NCBI GenBank assembly: GCA_964016885.1
Contig: OZ024747.1
Span: 49,042,001-49,106,000, forward strand
Reading direction: 5' to 3'
DNA: 64,000 nucleotides
Source: Eledone cirrhosa
Taxonomy: Eukaryota
Of this stretch, positions 41,301 through 54,708 are shown piece after piece; the stretch's first letter is position 1; the number at the start of each line of letters is the position of its first letter. The position numbers were made by a program, and so were the translations under genes. The notes below the pieces were generated by a model. It was given only the letters and a program-made list of their open reading frames with translations, was not told where the DNA came from and did no database searches.

Positions 41301-41938
41301 CTGTGGAGAGAGAGAGGAGACTATGGCTCACATTGTATCCGAGTGTAAACACCTAGCCCAGACTCACTATAAGGGCTGGAGACATAATGTGATGGGCAGG
41401 GTGATCCACTGGCACCTATGCAAAGTAAACAATTTACCACATTCTGAGAAGTGGTATGAGCATAAGCCAGAGTCGGTGATAGAAAACGATCGGGTAAAGG
41501 TGCTGTGGGATTTTAGGATACAGACGGACAAGAAACTGGAACACAATAGACCTGACCTGGTGGTTGTGGACAAAGAAAAAAGATCGTGCCTGATTGTGGA
41601 TGTGGCCTGCCCATTCGACACGAGAGTGCAAGAGAAGGAGAGAGAGAAAATTAACCGATACCAGGACTTAAAGTGGGAGGTAAAAAGGATTTGGAACTGC
41701 CATGAAGTCAAAGTGGTCCCGATTGTCATAGGCGCACTAGGTACTATCTCAAAAAGTTTCCAGGGATGGTTAAAGAAAATTGGCCCCTTCACGCTTTTTG
41801 GAACGCTTCAAAAGGCATGCTTGCTGGGAACAGCAAGAACCCTCCGATACGTCCTGAATATCTGAGGCTGCAGGTAGTGGCTTGATATTCATTTCAACAA
41901 ACTTTCCAGTTAACTAACATCAATGACTGAGACTCAAA

Positions 41939-41940
<2 letters not shown>
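38386..41940 (+). mobile_element. Near full-length R4/Dong-like (restriction-like endonuclease) non-LTR retrotransposon, copy A, inactivated
   Basis: ORF 38472-41865 broken by a stop at 39795, a frameshift near 40380 and a deletion near 40760. NYRPITCL, FQGDSLSPLLF, FFMDDLKL, CRICGEREETMAHIVSEC and RPDLVVVD..IVDVACP. (TAA)n on both sides. Confidence 0.95.
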
Positions 41941-41992
<52 letters not shown>

Positions 41993-42000
41993 TAATAAAA

Positions 42001-45000
42001 TCCCGTGACCAAGAAATACCTGGATGGCGGCCGGCGGGGAATAGCCGTGTCTCTAGGGGAGGACGACCCCTCTAGTCTTGGTTGACACTCGTCCTAGAAG
42101 TGGTAACACGAAATGATTACCCCTTGGCGGATAAGGATAAAACGCGACAAAATAAAGTAAATGTCAAATGATAAAATCTCATACCGGATCGGCTGTCACC
42201 CGGGTCAAAAAGGGCCGCGTCCCTCAGAGAGGAACCAGACTGGGGTCGAAAAATCAGCTAATGGTTCAAACCTTCCCATCACTTCGGAGCTGGAGACCTC
42301 CCATAACCGGAATACTCCTACTGTTAGCCCTCCATGCTCACCACCAAGAAATCCAAAGAAAAAGAGAGAAAAATGGTCAAGGGAAGACAATAAAGAAGTC
42401 CTTGAGGCTTTCTACACTGCCATGTACTACCCATCAAATAGATCGAATACAGAACAGACATATATCAACTGGAAAAAGAAACATCCCGAAAACAGAGGCT
42501 ATATTGACAGTAACAAACTAGCCAATATACGAAGAAATATTGTTAAAAAAAAGTTACTAACTGATATAGAAATTGATCAGATCAAGCTATTAGCACAGGG
42601 TCAGCGAAGGGAAAATGAAACATGTGTCAGTGAAAACGAGGTATATTGTACACTTCGAATCCCAGGGTTGGGGCGGAATCACTGACAACAGAACAAATTA
42701 AAGAAAGGATCGAAAACGTGGAGGGAGTGCATGCTCAAGATGTAACTCAAAATGAAAACAATGAGATCGTAAATGATAAAGAAATGAATGAGAATGAACT
42801 TGCCAACTTGAAGGATGAAATTATGATCGAATGGATGAAAATGAAAGAATCTGACATGGGGGAACGAGACACCCTCCCTAAGATCCAGAACTCCAAACAG
42901 AACCAAAAGATAATACACAAGACTAACATAATTCTCAAAAACATTATCATCACAAACAAACTAAACATTACTGATTTAAATCATCTCTATTATGCATCGG
43001 CTAAAGTCACCACTCACTTATGTGGAGTGAAGATGAAAAAACAAAGGAATTCCCACAAGAAATCTACTTGGCAAGAGAACATCAATTGCCAAATAAACCT
43101 TCTCCGATCTAACATAGAATTTTAACAAACTACAAAGTAGATGAACATGTTAAACAAACTAAACTTAGAAAATTGAAAAGAAAATACAGTATAAAATCAA
43201 CAAGTGACATAGACATGCTGATAGAAATAATCAAGCAAAAAGTGTCGGCCAAAGCTGCTCGTATAAGGCGCTTTGAAAAACGATCTATATTCTATAAGGA
43301 CAATAATATGTTCAAAAACAACCAAAGAAACTTCTACAGAAAAATTGGCAAGTCAACAATAACTGCTAAATCAATACCACCCAAGGAGGAAGTGCAAGAA
43401 TTCTGGGAAAAGATCTGGGCCGAAGAAAAAGTTCATAATATACATGCCCCGTGGATAGACAGACAAATGAAAGATACAGCTCACCTTGAGGAACAAATAT
43501 GGGAAAATATAACAGTTGAACAGTTGCGTTTGGCTCTTAGAAAAACCAGCAAATGGAAATCCCCAGGAAAAGACAAAATACCAAATTTTTGGATAAATGC
43601 CTTCAGAGAGTCTCATGAGCTGTTAGCCCAACTTTACAATGAAATAGTTAAGGAGCCAGAAAAGATACCATCATGGCTAGTTAACGGCATTACATTCCTG
43701 CTTCCGAAGAATGATGAGACAAACAATCCCAAAAATTACAGACCGGTAACTTGCTTGACCACAATGTATAAAATTTTAACATCAGTCGTAACTGAATATA
43801 CATATGACCACCTGATAAAAAATGACCTATTTCCCAATTAGCAGAAATGGTGTAAACGAGGCTCATATGGCTGTAAGGATCAGCTTTTGGTTAACAAAAT
43901 GATACTGGAAGATTGTCATAATAGACGCAAAAATCTATCAATTGCTTGGATAGATTATAAAAAAGCATTCGATAGTTTGCCATACAGTTGGATTGAAAAA
44001 TGTTGAGATTTTCAAAATATCTCCCGTTGTCAGGAGGTTCTTGTCATTCAGTATGGAGACATGGAAAACAACACTCTTTTTGAACAGTGAAAAAAAAATC
44101 ACTGGAAGCTGGAGAAGTTAATATTAATTGTGGAATTTTTCAGGGTGACTCTTTATCACTGCTTTTATTCTGCATCGCACTTATACCATTAAGTAAAATG
44201 CTCAATGAAACAAAACATGGATATAAAGTCTATGACAAAACCATTAATCACCTGTTCTACATGGATGACCTGAAACTATTTGCAAAAGAGGATGAACCAT
44301 TGTGAAGCAGTTCAGTGATGACATTAAAATGGAGTTTGGACTAGATAAATGCGCCAAAGCAACGTTCACCAGAAGAAAGCTGCTGAAAAGTTCAGACATT
44401 AATCTTGATCGGGGGAATGTGATAAGAGAACTTGATTAAGAGGAAACTTACAAATATCTAGGTGTTTGTGAAGGAGACGGAATCAAGCACTCGACGATGA
44501 GGGAAAGGATAAGAAAAGAATGTTACCGTATAGTAAGAGCAATCTGAAGGACAGAGTTGAATGCAAGGAATAGGATCGATGCAATAAACACGCTTGCCAT
44601 ACGGAGACTGAAGGACTGATTATATCAGCACAAGATCAGTGTCTACTTACAAAAAATTACCAAGCCAACATAATAAAAAATGGATGCAACCCATTATGCT
44701 GTGTATGTAAAAAACAACCAGAGACCATTGATCATATAATTTCAATGTGCAGTCCTATAGATCCAACCGAATGCCTAAACAGGCATGACAGTGCTGCACA
44801 ATACATACATTGGATAATGTGTAAGCATTTTGACCTGCCCCATCAAAAGAATTGGTGGGAGCATCAACCACCTCCCATACTTGAAAAAGATCACATCTCA
44901 ATCTTGTGGAACTTTAGCATCCAAACAGACCGAAAAATAGATGCAAATAGCCCTTATATAATACTGAAGGACTTTAAAAAGAGCGTATGCCTGCTAATTG

Positions 45001-45408
45001 ATATGTCCGTTCCAATAGACAAGAATGTATCTATATAAACATTTGAAAAATTGAGCAAGTATAAGGACCTGGAGATAGAAATTGGAAAAATGTGGAAATT
45101 GAGAACTAAAACAATACCATTGGTTGTAGGCGCTCTAGGAATGATACCTAAGGGGTTTAATGATTACTTATCGCAAATCCCAGGAAACCCGCGTATAGGA
45201 GAAATACAAAAGATAGTACTAATGGGAACTGCCCATATACTAAGAAAGATTCTGTCCATATTAGTACATCACAAGTCTAAACACCTAAAGATGCATGTGT
45301 GTGAATGTATGTTCTTTCTTGAACATGGCGGACCTTGTTGTCTCTTGAGGTCACTGGTTGTGACTTGGTGATAACTCGTATGAACATAAAGCAAGATAAA
45401 TGCAACTG
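42001..45408 (+). mobile_element. Second, divergent R4/Dong-like element, copy B, more degraded
   Basis: KWKSPGKDKI, NYRPVTCL, FQGDSLSLLLF, FYMDDLKL, CCVCKKQPETIDHIISMC, KYKDLEIEI and PLVVGALG. Internal deletion near 44600. (TAA)n on both sides. Confidence 0.93.
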
Positions 45409-45428
45409 TAATAATAATAATAATAATA

Positions 45429-46219
45429 CTTTCATTATTAACCACAAGGGTTGACACAAAGTATAACATTAAGGACAACACAGGACAATACAAATGGGCA
45501 TTTCCTCCTCCGTGACTAGCGCTGTTTCTATATTTCGGGCCACACCTGCGAAAGAAGTGGCCCCTTTTTCTTTCGGCACCATTATTGCTGTCGCTACTGC
45601 TGTTACTGGTCTTGTTGTTGGTGCTGTTGCTGTTGCTACTGCTACAAACGGTGTTGTTGGTGTTGTTGCTGTTATCACTGTTGTAGTAATTGATTGTGTT
45701 TTTGGTGCCGCCGTTATTGTTGTTCTCGGTGCAATGTGTATTGTTGCTGTTGGTGTTGTCGTTATTTACTTTCTTGTTAATGGTGTTAATATCGTTGTTG
45801 CATTTGTTATCATTTTCTTCTGTTGTCTGTATTTTGGTTGTCGTTGTTATTGTTGTCGTTGGTGTGGTCATTTTTTTTGTAATTAGCGTTCTCAGTGTTG
45901 TTGTCCTTTGCTGTCTTTGTTCACGTTGTTTGTGGTATCAATTTCTGTGCTCGCCGTAACCCTCCTCTCAACATTTACGGCGTTGTCACACGACAGCAGA
46001 CATATCGCTGGGGGGAGGGGGGCATGTTTATTTTGATAATTTTTAAAAGTAAAATGTTCAAATATTTGGGCCAAAAGGCCCAAATATACTTTTCCCTTGA
46101 CAGGGCAAAATCCAAGGGTTTATGTCTCTTACACGACAAGAAAAATTTACAATAAATGATTTATGACAGGTAAATAAAGAGACTTACGAGAGCGAGCAAA
46201 AAGACGTCCGATCAGGCCA
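45429..46219 (-). mobile_element. About 790-bp non-autonomous Tx1-like element (5' end plus short 3' end) in (TAA)n
   Basis: 5' part homologous to 900-1496. 3' end CCCTTGTGGTTAATAATGAAAG resembles the 24590-24610 LINE terminus. Confidence 0.75.
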
Positions 46220-46406
46220 ATAATAATTGTTTCTACTTTTGGCACAAGGCCAGCAATTATCCCAGTGTATTACTGGTACTTTAATTTATCGACCCCGTAA
46301 GGATGAAAGGTCGAGGTTAACTTTGCCTTTCATCCTTACGGGGTTGATAAAATAAAGTACCAGTAATGCACTGGGTAATTGCTCGCCTTGTGCCAAAAGT
46401 AGAAAC

Positions 46407-46437
<31 letters not shown>

Positions 46438-46540
46438 GGCCTGATCGGACGTCTTTTTGTTCGCTCCCGTAAGTCTCTTTATTTACCTGTCATAAATCAT
46501 TTATTGTAATTTTTTCTTGTCGTGTAAGAGACATAAGCCC
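46116..46540. repeat. Inverted duplication spanning LINE 5' end, (TAA)n and SINE 3' half
   Basis: 46116-46310 is the reverse complement of 46326-46540 with few mismatches and a longer (TAA) tract. Confidence 0.9.
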
Positions 46541-46544
46541 AATA

Positions 46545-46678
46545 ATAACAATTTCTTATATAGGCACAAGGCCATCAATTTGGGGGGAGGAGAAAGTCGA
46601 TTAAATCGGCCCCAGTGTGGTGTGACTGGTACTTTATTTTATCGACCCCGTAAGGATGAAAGGCAAAGTTAACCTCGA
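46545..46678 (-). mobile_element. SINE family A, 3' half
   Basis: GGCACAAGGCC..CTGGTACTTTATTTTATCGACCCCGTAAGGATGAAAGGCAAAGTTAACCTCG. Confidence 0.88.
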
Positions 46679-46713
46679 TAATAATAATATAAGGACGATT
46701 TGTTACACTCCCT

Positions 46714-46753
<40 letters not shown>

Positions 46754-46795
46754 TCTTCTATTTTATATATATATATATATACATAAACCCTCTTC

Positions 46796-46842
<47 letters not shown>

Positions 46843-46884
46843 AACCCTCTTCTATTTTTTCCTAAGCGTAAATCCAATAAGACA

Positions 46885-46918
46885 TTTTGCACCCCTGTGT
46901 TAGTCTTTTCTAATCTCG

Positions 46919-46956
<38 letters not shown>

Positions 46957-46990
46957 CGAGATTAGACAAGACTAACACAGGGGTGTAAAA
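46885..46990. repeat. 37-bp inverted repeat centred on (TA)n
   Basis: TTTTGCACCCCTGTGTTAGTCTTTTCTAATCTCGAAC-(TA)n-GTTCGAGATTAGACAAGACTAACACAGGGGTGTAAAA. Confidence 0.9.
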
Positions 46991-47196
46991 AGTTTATGTA
47001 TGTATATATATATCTCTCTCTATATATATATATAGAGAGAGAGAGAGAGGGAGAGAGAGAGAGGGGGGAGTGATAAATGATTGTTTGTGCATTCATGGAT
47101 ACATGCATCAATGCATACATACATACATACATACATACATACATACATACATACATACATACATACATACATACATACATTCATACATACATACAT

Positions 47197-47721
47197 GGGG
47201 GCTGCCAACTCGTTTTCGAGTACAGCCACTACTTTATATCCATGTAGGAGAACCCCTACCGATGCGCTGAACGAGAGTGACTTTTTAGTCCAGCCAGCGA
47301 CTTGAAAACTCTGGTACAAACACTACACTTGTGACAATTATTGACACATAGTGCTGGGCCCATGGTACCATGTGACGACAAGTGCAGAGAGAACTCCAGA
47401 TATAAAGCAATGCCTGTGCCGTGAAGCTTTTATAGTGAGCAAAGGTACTGCACAAAGCCAGTCCCACTCTCTTAACCAAGATGATATTTACCAAAAAGAA
47501 GTCAACATCATTGGATACCATCAGGGTTGCAGGTGTTATATCAGAGTTTTCCTTCTCCTAGTATTCTGCCTTGACAAAGGCTAAGGGATCATCTCTCCCG
47601 GTGATTTTGGATGGCCATTGACTCTTGAGAGCTCCTTTGCCCTTTGACAGGTTTTGTTTTTAGTCCTGCAGGATGTCCAAAGTCACCCTCCTCACCAAGA
47701 AACCTTGGTGAGGAGGGTGAC
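47197..47721 (-). mobile_element. RTE-derived bipartite non-autonomous element, copy 1
   Basis: Minus strand CTAGGAGAAGGAAAACTCTGA (RTE 5' UTR-like), 3' HKCSVCTRVFKSLAGLKSHSRSAHR* and (TATG)n tail. Confidence 0.75.
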
Positions 47722-47804
47722 AGGTACATACATACATACATACATACATACATACATACATACATACATACATACATACATACATACATACATACATACA
47801 TACA

Positions 47805-48550
47805 TGAGGCATGATGTAGTGGCCAAAACACTGTACAATGCAGTTCGTAAAAAAGATAGCCCCGATGATAAACACATTAAAAGCTACAGCAATGTGGAAG
47901 ACATACATGTACATAATATGAAAGAGTACTGGTGGAATGTTCCAGTAAAAACCCCAATAAAATGCAGGCATAACAGACCAGATATTATGATATGGGACAG
48001 GGAGAAGAAAACATACACAGTAGTGGAAATTAGCTTCCCAGCAGATGCCAATATAATATCAAAGATTAGTGAAAAGGAGAATATTTATGCAGAACTGATG
48101 AGAAATCTGTAGATACTCCACCCTGATTACACCTTCAGATTTATGCCTGTAATTATTGGGGCACTGGGATATGTTAGTAACTGCCTCAATACAAATCTTG
48201 AGAAGCTAGGCTTCACAGGAACAGAAAGAACACAACTAGTTAGGAAATTACAAGTACAATCCATTAATGGAACAGTAAAAATATGTAAAACATTCCAAAG
48301 ATTTTGCATCTAATAACTGCATATACACATGTACAGATACAAAGCATATACACATGCACACATACAACTCAAAACATACATATCCACACATACAATAACA
48401 TCCATATCTACACATGTATGCATGCAGATATACATACATATCTACCTAGTTGGTGTTGTGTAAATTCCAATGCGAGAGTCTTGTATCTATGTTAGAAACC
48501 GACTCTCTCTCTATTGGTAAAACTTTGTGAAATTATAAAACCAGAAGAAC
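47805..48550 (+). mobile_element. 5'-truncated R4-like element (REL endonuclease and 3' UTR) in (CATA)n
   Basis: RHDVVAK..WWNVPVKT..HNRPDIMIWD..VVEISFPAD..KENIY..PVIIGALG. Confidence 0.88.
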
Positions 48551-48644
48551 ATACATACATACATACATACATACATACATACATACATACATACATACAT
48601 ACATACATACATACATACATACATACATACATACATACATACAT

Positions 48645-49170
48645 TTGGAACGCACTTAGGAAAACAAAATTAAAAACGATGAGTAGGAATATGTTGAGAA
48701 AGATGGCACTAAGGAATACTGGTGGAACCTGAAAAAAAAACTGCCACCAAATTAAAGCGCAACCGGCCTGATATTGTTATTTGGGGCCACACATTGAAAA
48801 GGTGCTCTGTTGTAGAGATCAGCTGCCCAGTTGATGTCAACGTTGGAAGAAAAACACAAAAGAAGGAGGGCATCTACGGACCATTGATGAGGAGTTTGCA
48901 GATCCAATATCCAAGATACACCTTCAGCTACATACCCATCATTATTGGAGCTACAGGTTATATACCAGCCCGCTCGGACCAAAGTATGACTGAACTTGGA
49001 TTTGTGGACAAAGAGCGCAGCTCCCTAATTCATAGACTACTAATGGCTGCGATAGCTGGCACCTTCATAATTTCTTGCAGTTCAAGGGATGACATTTTTT
49101 TTTCCTTTACAACCATGCCACCAGGAAGGTGGCCAGTTAAAAATGTACTTGAAATTAAGAGAAAGAGGAA
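48645..49170 (+). mobile_element. Second 5'-truncated R4-like REL fragment in (CATA)n
   Basis: RNRPDIVIW..VVEISCPVD..KKEGIYGPL..PIIIGATG. Confidence 0.85.
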
Positions 49171-49194
49171 CATACATACATATATACATAATGT

Positions 49195-49262
<68 letters not shown>

Positions 49263-49385
49263 ATACTTTTATAATAAAATAATAATAAATTTGAAGACTA
49301 AAATCCAAAGAGGGCTCGACAAGGATAAATATATATCAAATATATAAGAACCGTAGAGCAAATATTTATTAAAATAACAGATTAA

Positions 49386-49436
49386 AGTTTAAGCAAAGAA
49401 TCGCTGCTTTCACCCTTAACGGGATCTTCTGAAACT
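49386..49436 (-). ncRNA. Type I hammerhead motif with altered core (CAGAAGA)
   Basis: Minus strand AGTTT-CAGAAGA-TCCCGTTAAGGGT-GAAAGCA..TGCTT^AAACT. Partial inverted copy at 50262-50293. Confidence 0.65.
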
Positions 49437-50293
49437 AACAAAGTCAATCTGTAAACGCAGAAGTGGATATTTCAAAAAACGTTGCAACCGGAGGAAGACA
49501 GGAAGACGATACTTTGGTACGTGGTAACGTTCGCTGGCAAAGAACGGGAAAAAACGAATATAATACGTCATTAATAGGAGCGGTGAAAAACAATTACGCG
49601 CAAAGACAGAACCACGTTTATGGTATAAAAGAGGTCGTAGACTAAAGTTCTCTAGGTGGTTCATAGAGACGTTCTCTGGCAATGAACGAAAAAAACGAAG
49701 ATAATACGTCATATGTTGAACGTGTAGAACAATAGCACGCAAAGACAAATCCACGTAAATGGTATAGCAGAAGTCATAGACTAAAATTCTAACTAGGAGA
49801 CCGAATGAATCTCCGCTACAGAGTTAAGAACAAAGTAAATAAATACATAAATAAATAAATAAATAAATAAATAAATAGAAATAAATAAATACATACACGC
49901 AAACAAATACGTACATATACAAGCATACGCAAAACACTTACCATAGGTATACAAAACCACGCACATATAAATATGTGTGTGTGTGTGTATGCGTGTGTAC
50001 AAATAAATAAATAATTATATAAACGTATATAAATAAATAAATACGTATATAACAAGCGCACACACATACCTACATGTAAATACACGAATGTACGGAGACG
50101 TAAGTCAACCAAAACATGAAGTACACATATACACACACCCTACATACGTACGAACCTACATACTCACACAGACGCAAAACTCCCGTATACACATAGCCAA
50201 ACCATATGTACCAGAATATATAAAATTATACGCCATAACATAAACAATCAAATATACGTACGTTAGTTTCAGAAGATCCCGTTAAGGGTGAAA

Positions 50294-50668
50294 TTTCCTG
50301 AGTTGCCTTCTCCTAGAAGAATGCCCTGACAAAGGCTAGGGTCCTTCCCTCCCAGTGGTTTAACCAAGCGTTCGGGTATCCAGCCCGACTATTTCTATGT
50401 CCCCGAGCATATTCACAGATATATATATATATACATATACATACATATGTACATATGTATATACATATTTACACATTTTGGGATGGCTGTTGACTCTTAT
50501 GAGTTCGGCCATTTGTCAGGATTTGGTTTTCGTCCTGCGGGGTGTCCAAAATCACCGTCCTCGCAAAGTAAACTTGGTGGGGTTGCCAATTTAGTCGCCG
50601 GCGACCCGACAATGCGACAGGTTGTACTGGGTTACATGATACCAGTAGCACTCAAGAGTGACCCGACA
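50294..50668 (-). mobile_element. RTE-like 5' UTR fragment interrupted by a (TA)-rich tract
   Basis: Homologous to 47545-47720 (CTAGGAGAAGG.AACTC, CTTTGTCA.GGCA, GAGTCAA..GCCATCC.AAA). Confidence 0.65.
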
Positions 50669-50689
50669 TATATATACATACATACATTC

Positions 50690-51345
50690 TGGGGCGGGTA
50701 AAATTCCCGAGATCCATGGACGAGTTCTCTCCAGCGGTCTCTGTCCTTCATTATCGCTGCTATGTCCTGCGTCTCCAACAGACCAGTGTCTGTCCTTAGG
50801 GCATCAACATACGTTAACCTTGGTCTTCCTCTTCCAGTGTGTCCATATAGGGGCTCCCACAGGAGCACTGAGTGCAATGTCAACTCTGGATGTCGGTGAG
50901 CCGGTCCAGCTAACCTTAGTCTCCTCTGTGTAACTTTTGAGCTGACTATTGGGAGGCTCCCATACAGCTCTGAGTTTTTCATCCTCAGTATATACTGATT
51001 AATATTCAGAGCCATCCTCAGAATTCTCGTGTAGCACCCATCCAACATCTGAGTGCGTTTCTTGGTCAGTGTCCAAGTCTCAAACCCGTACAGCAATACA
51101 GACTCCACTACAGCAATGAAAAGCGGATTTTCAGGTCTTTACGAAGGTCCGACTTCCACACCGATCTCAAGCTGTGGCACGCCGCCCAGGCTTTGCTCTT
51201 TCTCTCAACCACATCATCTTCATGAATGAGACTAAAACAAAATATCTGGTAGAGAATGTTGAGAAGCCAAAGGAGATCACTAATGTAGGCGGGAAGCCGC
51301 TAGAATTGGTTGAGGACGTCCTGCATTTGGGAGCAAAGATTTGGA
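50690..51345 (-). mobile_element. RTE-X-like LINE 3' end with inverted 5' segment (51214-51345 on plus)
   Basis: Minus ESVLLYGFETWTLT..LDGCYTRILRMALNI..RGRPRLTYVD. Plus [23 protein letters not shown]. Confidence 0.88.
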
Positions 51346-51369
51346 ATTTATATATATATATATATATAC

Positions 51370-52222
<853 letters not shown>

Positions 52223-52246
52223 TACATACATATATATATATATGTA

Positions 52247-52353
<107 letters not shown>

Positions 52354-52435
52354 GTTATTCCGGGTTGAATCTGGGGTAACCACAGTAAGTAAGGTACTCA
52401 ATACATAGCAGAGTATAAATGTTTTATTATAGAAA

Positions 52436-52486
52436 AGCTTCTACAGGACTAGAACTGTTTCATTCATAAGAAATCAGCAGGAAGCT
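52436..52486 (-). ncRNA. Type I hammerhead with core mutation (CTGCTGA)
   Basis: Minus strand AGCTTC-CTGCTGA-TTTCTTATGAAT-GAAACAG-TTCTAGTC-CTGTA^GAAGCT. Host element 52352-52510. Confidence 0.75.
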
Positions 52487-52507
52487 GGCTGTCCAAGTAT
52501 GTGGTGG

Positions 52508-52608
<101 letters not shown>

Positions 52609-52703
52609 GTTAAACAAGGTTCAATGAATAAATCAAAGAATGAGTTTTAAATTAGATTGGAATCTTAACCATCTACTAAGTCAGGGTTCGTCATGCATCA
52701 TCT

Positions 52704-52770
52704 TATTTTATTTGATGAGGACGTACTGTTGAAGATAGCTCAGTACCTCTGAAATATGTATAATAAAATA
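52704..52770 (+). ncRNA. Type I hammerhead (TTGATGA variant)
   Basis: TATTTTAT-TTGATGA-GGACGTACTG..CAGTACCTCT-GAAAT-ATGT-ATA^ATAAAATA with 8-bp stem I. Confidence 0.75.
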
Positions 52771-52811
52771 TACTTGTTCACACGAATGTCTATTTTTGTT
52801 AGTATTTTGAA

Positions 52812-52866
<55 letters not shown>

Positions 52867-52978
52867 ATACATACATATATACATACAGACAGGCCTTATA
52901 CATATCCGTACATATATACTTACATTCATATATATATACATACATTCATAGATATATACATACATTCATACATATATA

Positions 52979-53383
52979 GTGGCTGCCAACTCGTTTTCGA
53001 GTACGGCCACTACTTTATATCCATGTAGGAGAACCCCTACTGATGCGCTGAACGAGTGTGACTTTTTAGTCCAGCCAGCGACTTGAAAACTCTGGTACAA
53101 ACACTACACTTGTGACAATTATTGACACATAGTGCTGGGCCCATGGTACCATGTGACGACAAGTGCAGAGAGATCTTCAGATATAAAGCAATGCCTGTGC
53201 CGTGAAGCTTTTATAGTGAGCAAAGGCACTGCACAAAGCCAGTCCCACTCTCTTAACCAAGATGATATTTACCAAAAAGAAGAACAAGTCAACATCATTG
53301 GATACCATCAGGGTTGCAGGTCTTATATCAGAGTTTTCCTTCTTCTAGAATTCTGCCTTGACAAAGGCTAAGGGGTCATCTCT
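52979..53383 (-). mobile_element. RTE-derived bipartite element, copy 2
   Basis: Near-identical to 47197-47596. Confidence 0.85.
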
Positions 53384-53634
53384 CATACATACGTACATAC
53401 ATACATACATACATACATACATACATACATACATACATACATACATACATACATAAATACATTTATACATACGTACATACATGTATATACATATATACGT
53501 ATATACATATATATACATGTGTGAATCTATACAGGATTGGATCTGTGTAATACACTTTTTTCTCCCTCTCTCACTCTCACTTACTCTATATGTATACACA
53601 CGTGCATGGTAGTAAACATTACAAAGTATATGTA

Positions 53635-54057
<423 letters not shown>

Positions 54058-54361
54058 TTTCAAGCGTGAAACTAATAGTAACATTTTGTACTGCCTCTTC
54101 GCTTCTTCGTTGTTGTTTTTTTTTGTTTTCTGTTGCAACTATAATATATATATATATACATATATACATATATGTAGAGGTTATATTTAATTTGTTGGGA
54201 TACAACAAGCAAAATATTTTTATAACTGATATAACTTTGAATAACTTTGAAATGTTTTGGCCACTATTGGCCCAGGCCATGTCTAACTTAATAGCACCAC
54301 CTGGCGAAATAAAGTGTGCCCCAGGTGAGGATATAAAGCACTCAACAAATTATTGGAGTAA

Positions 54362-54708
54362 ATATACAATATATTAACAAATGGAAACTATATTTATAAA
54401 ACCATATTTATTTCATTATATATATTTCAAGGTCCACCAGAGAAAACTATGGTGCGCTTTCATCAGATAAAATATAATATCGGTTAGTTTTATAAATAAA
54501 TATTGACATACCCTTAAAATATCCAGGAGATTCCAACCAGAATGGTTGCATTTTTTAAGGGTATGTCAATATTTATTTATAAAACTAACCTATAGTATAT
54601 TTTATCTGATGAAAGCGCACCATAGTTTGCTCTGGTGGCCCTTGAAATATGTATAATGAAATAAATATGGTTTTATAAATAGTTTCCATTTGTTAATATA
54701 TTGTATAT
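54362..54708. repeat. Inverted repeat (about 157-bp arms, about 33-bp spacer), each arm carrying a full hammerhead
   Basis: 54362-54519 versus 54553-54708 with several mismatches. Confidence 0.92.
54598..54663 (+). ncRNA. Type I hammerhead, intact core (mirror copy at 54409-54474 on minus)
   Basis: TATTTTAT-CTGATGA-AAGCGCACCA..TGGTGGCCCTT-GAAAT-ATGT-ATA^ATGAAATA. Confidence 0.85.

Noticed and set aside
50585-50668. Possible ribozyme in the hairpin-rich RTE 5' UTR
   Set aside because: Several hairpins are visible but I could not fit an HDV or twister topology.
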